A DNA stretch of 60,719 bases, counting the filler, from Globobulimina sp. (taxonomy: Eukaryota): assembly GCA_003354225.1 (NCBI GenBank). It is 11 parts of 11 records of this genome, joined end to end, with 100 filler letters (N's around TTAATTAATTAA, not from the genome) between each part and the next. Parts side by side here need not be neighbours in the genome. Positions count along the whole stretch, not along the records: positions 55,302 to 60,719 come from PIVH01000583.1; 10 more parts are not named here. One strand, 5' to 3'. Numbering within the stretch: position 1 is the first letter of the stretch; each line of letters opens with the position of its first letter. Shown here in pieces: positions 60,227-60,719 of this stretch. Below the pieces are notes generated by a model, which did not search any database, was not told the origin of the DNA, and was given only the letters and a program-made list of their open reading frames with translations. The position numbers were made by a program, and so were the translations under genes.

Positions 60227-60719
60227 TTAAGGCGTAGAAATAGCATCCGAGTCAGTGATTAAATCGACAGTGGAAAGCATATCATCATCGTCATCGTCAT
60301 AGCTATCTCGATCTTGTACAAGCATTCCATGATCGACGTCGACTAAAAACATATGATCCGATTGGAAATTTAATATTCTTTTATTCTCTTTATAATTATA
60401 ATTATTTCTTCTTTTTCTTCTTGGTTTCACACTGAAATCGCCACATTTTGCCTCTTTGCATTGATAATATGACAAAATATCATTCATTTGTTATCACTCA
60501 ATATTTCCAATGGTTTTATTTGCTGCACAAAATATTTTCCATTCATTAAACCAAATCTCATAAATAAACAAATTGATTTTAATAATTCAAGTCCAATTTC
60601 ATTATTTGCATTTTTATTATTATTATTATTTAATTTCTGTCTTTTTTTTTGTGGTTCATTTATATTCGAACTTAATTTGATTGCTTGTTGTAATTCAAAC
60701 TCATTATTATCTTTAAAAA
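60227..60719 (-). CDS. 3' fragment of a hypothetical protein
   Basis: ORF ending at 60227 with an N-rich upstream frame. Confidence 0.35.

Overview
This window is not one locus. It is eleven unrelated contigs of about 5.42-5.44 kb, sorted by decreasing length and joined by an artificial 100-nt linker (N44-TTAATTAATTAA-N44). Nine contigs carry compact, AT-rich eukaryotic genes with short GT-AG introns. Their gene families (MATE expansions, SPRY/coiled-coil, Cys-rich PT-stalk surface proteins, Cys-less pentameric channels) suggest a rhizarian/foraminiferan protist; that assignment is an inference. Recognisable genes include an EF-hand/WD40 protein, MFS, syntaxin-6, myotubularin, Xaa-Pro aminopeptidase, two MATEs, PTGES2-like, nucleoside hydrolase, TerD, GH5 cellulase, ilvD, a REV1-type BRCT protein and Trf4/TENT4. 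Two contigs look foreign. Contig 4 (16609-22040) is a Maverick/Polinton (adintovirus-type) fragment with an rve integrase-chromodomain, minor capsid, basic core-like protein, major capsid, a Zn-motif accessory gene and a Bcl-2 homolog. Its major capsid gene is rebuilt in frame by removing three phase-1 GT-AG introns. The first intron holds an apparently complete Pol III unit (TATA at about -30, A/B boxes, tRNA-like cloverleaf, TTTT terminator), which is the best candidate for an undescribed system here. Contig 7 (33203-38630) is one intronless coiled-coil + SGNH-esterase ORF resembling a retroelement ORF1. All calls come from reading motifs by eye; no searches were run.
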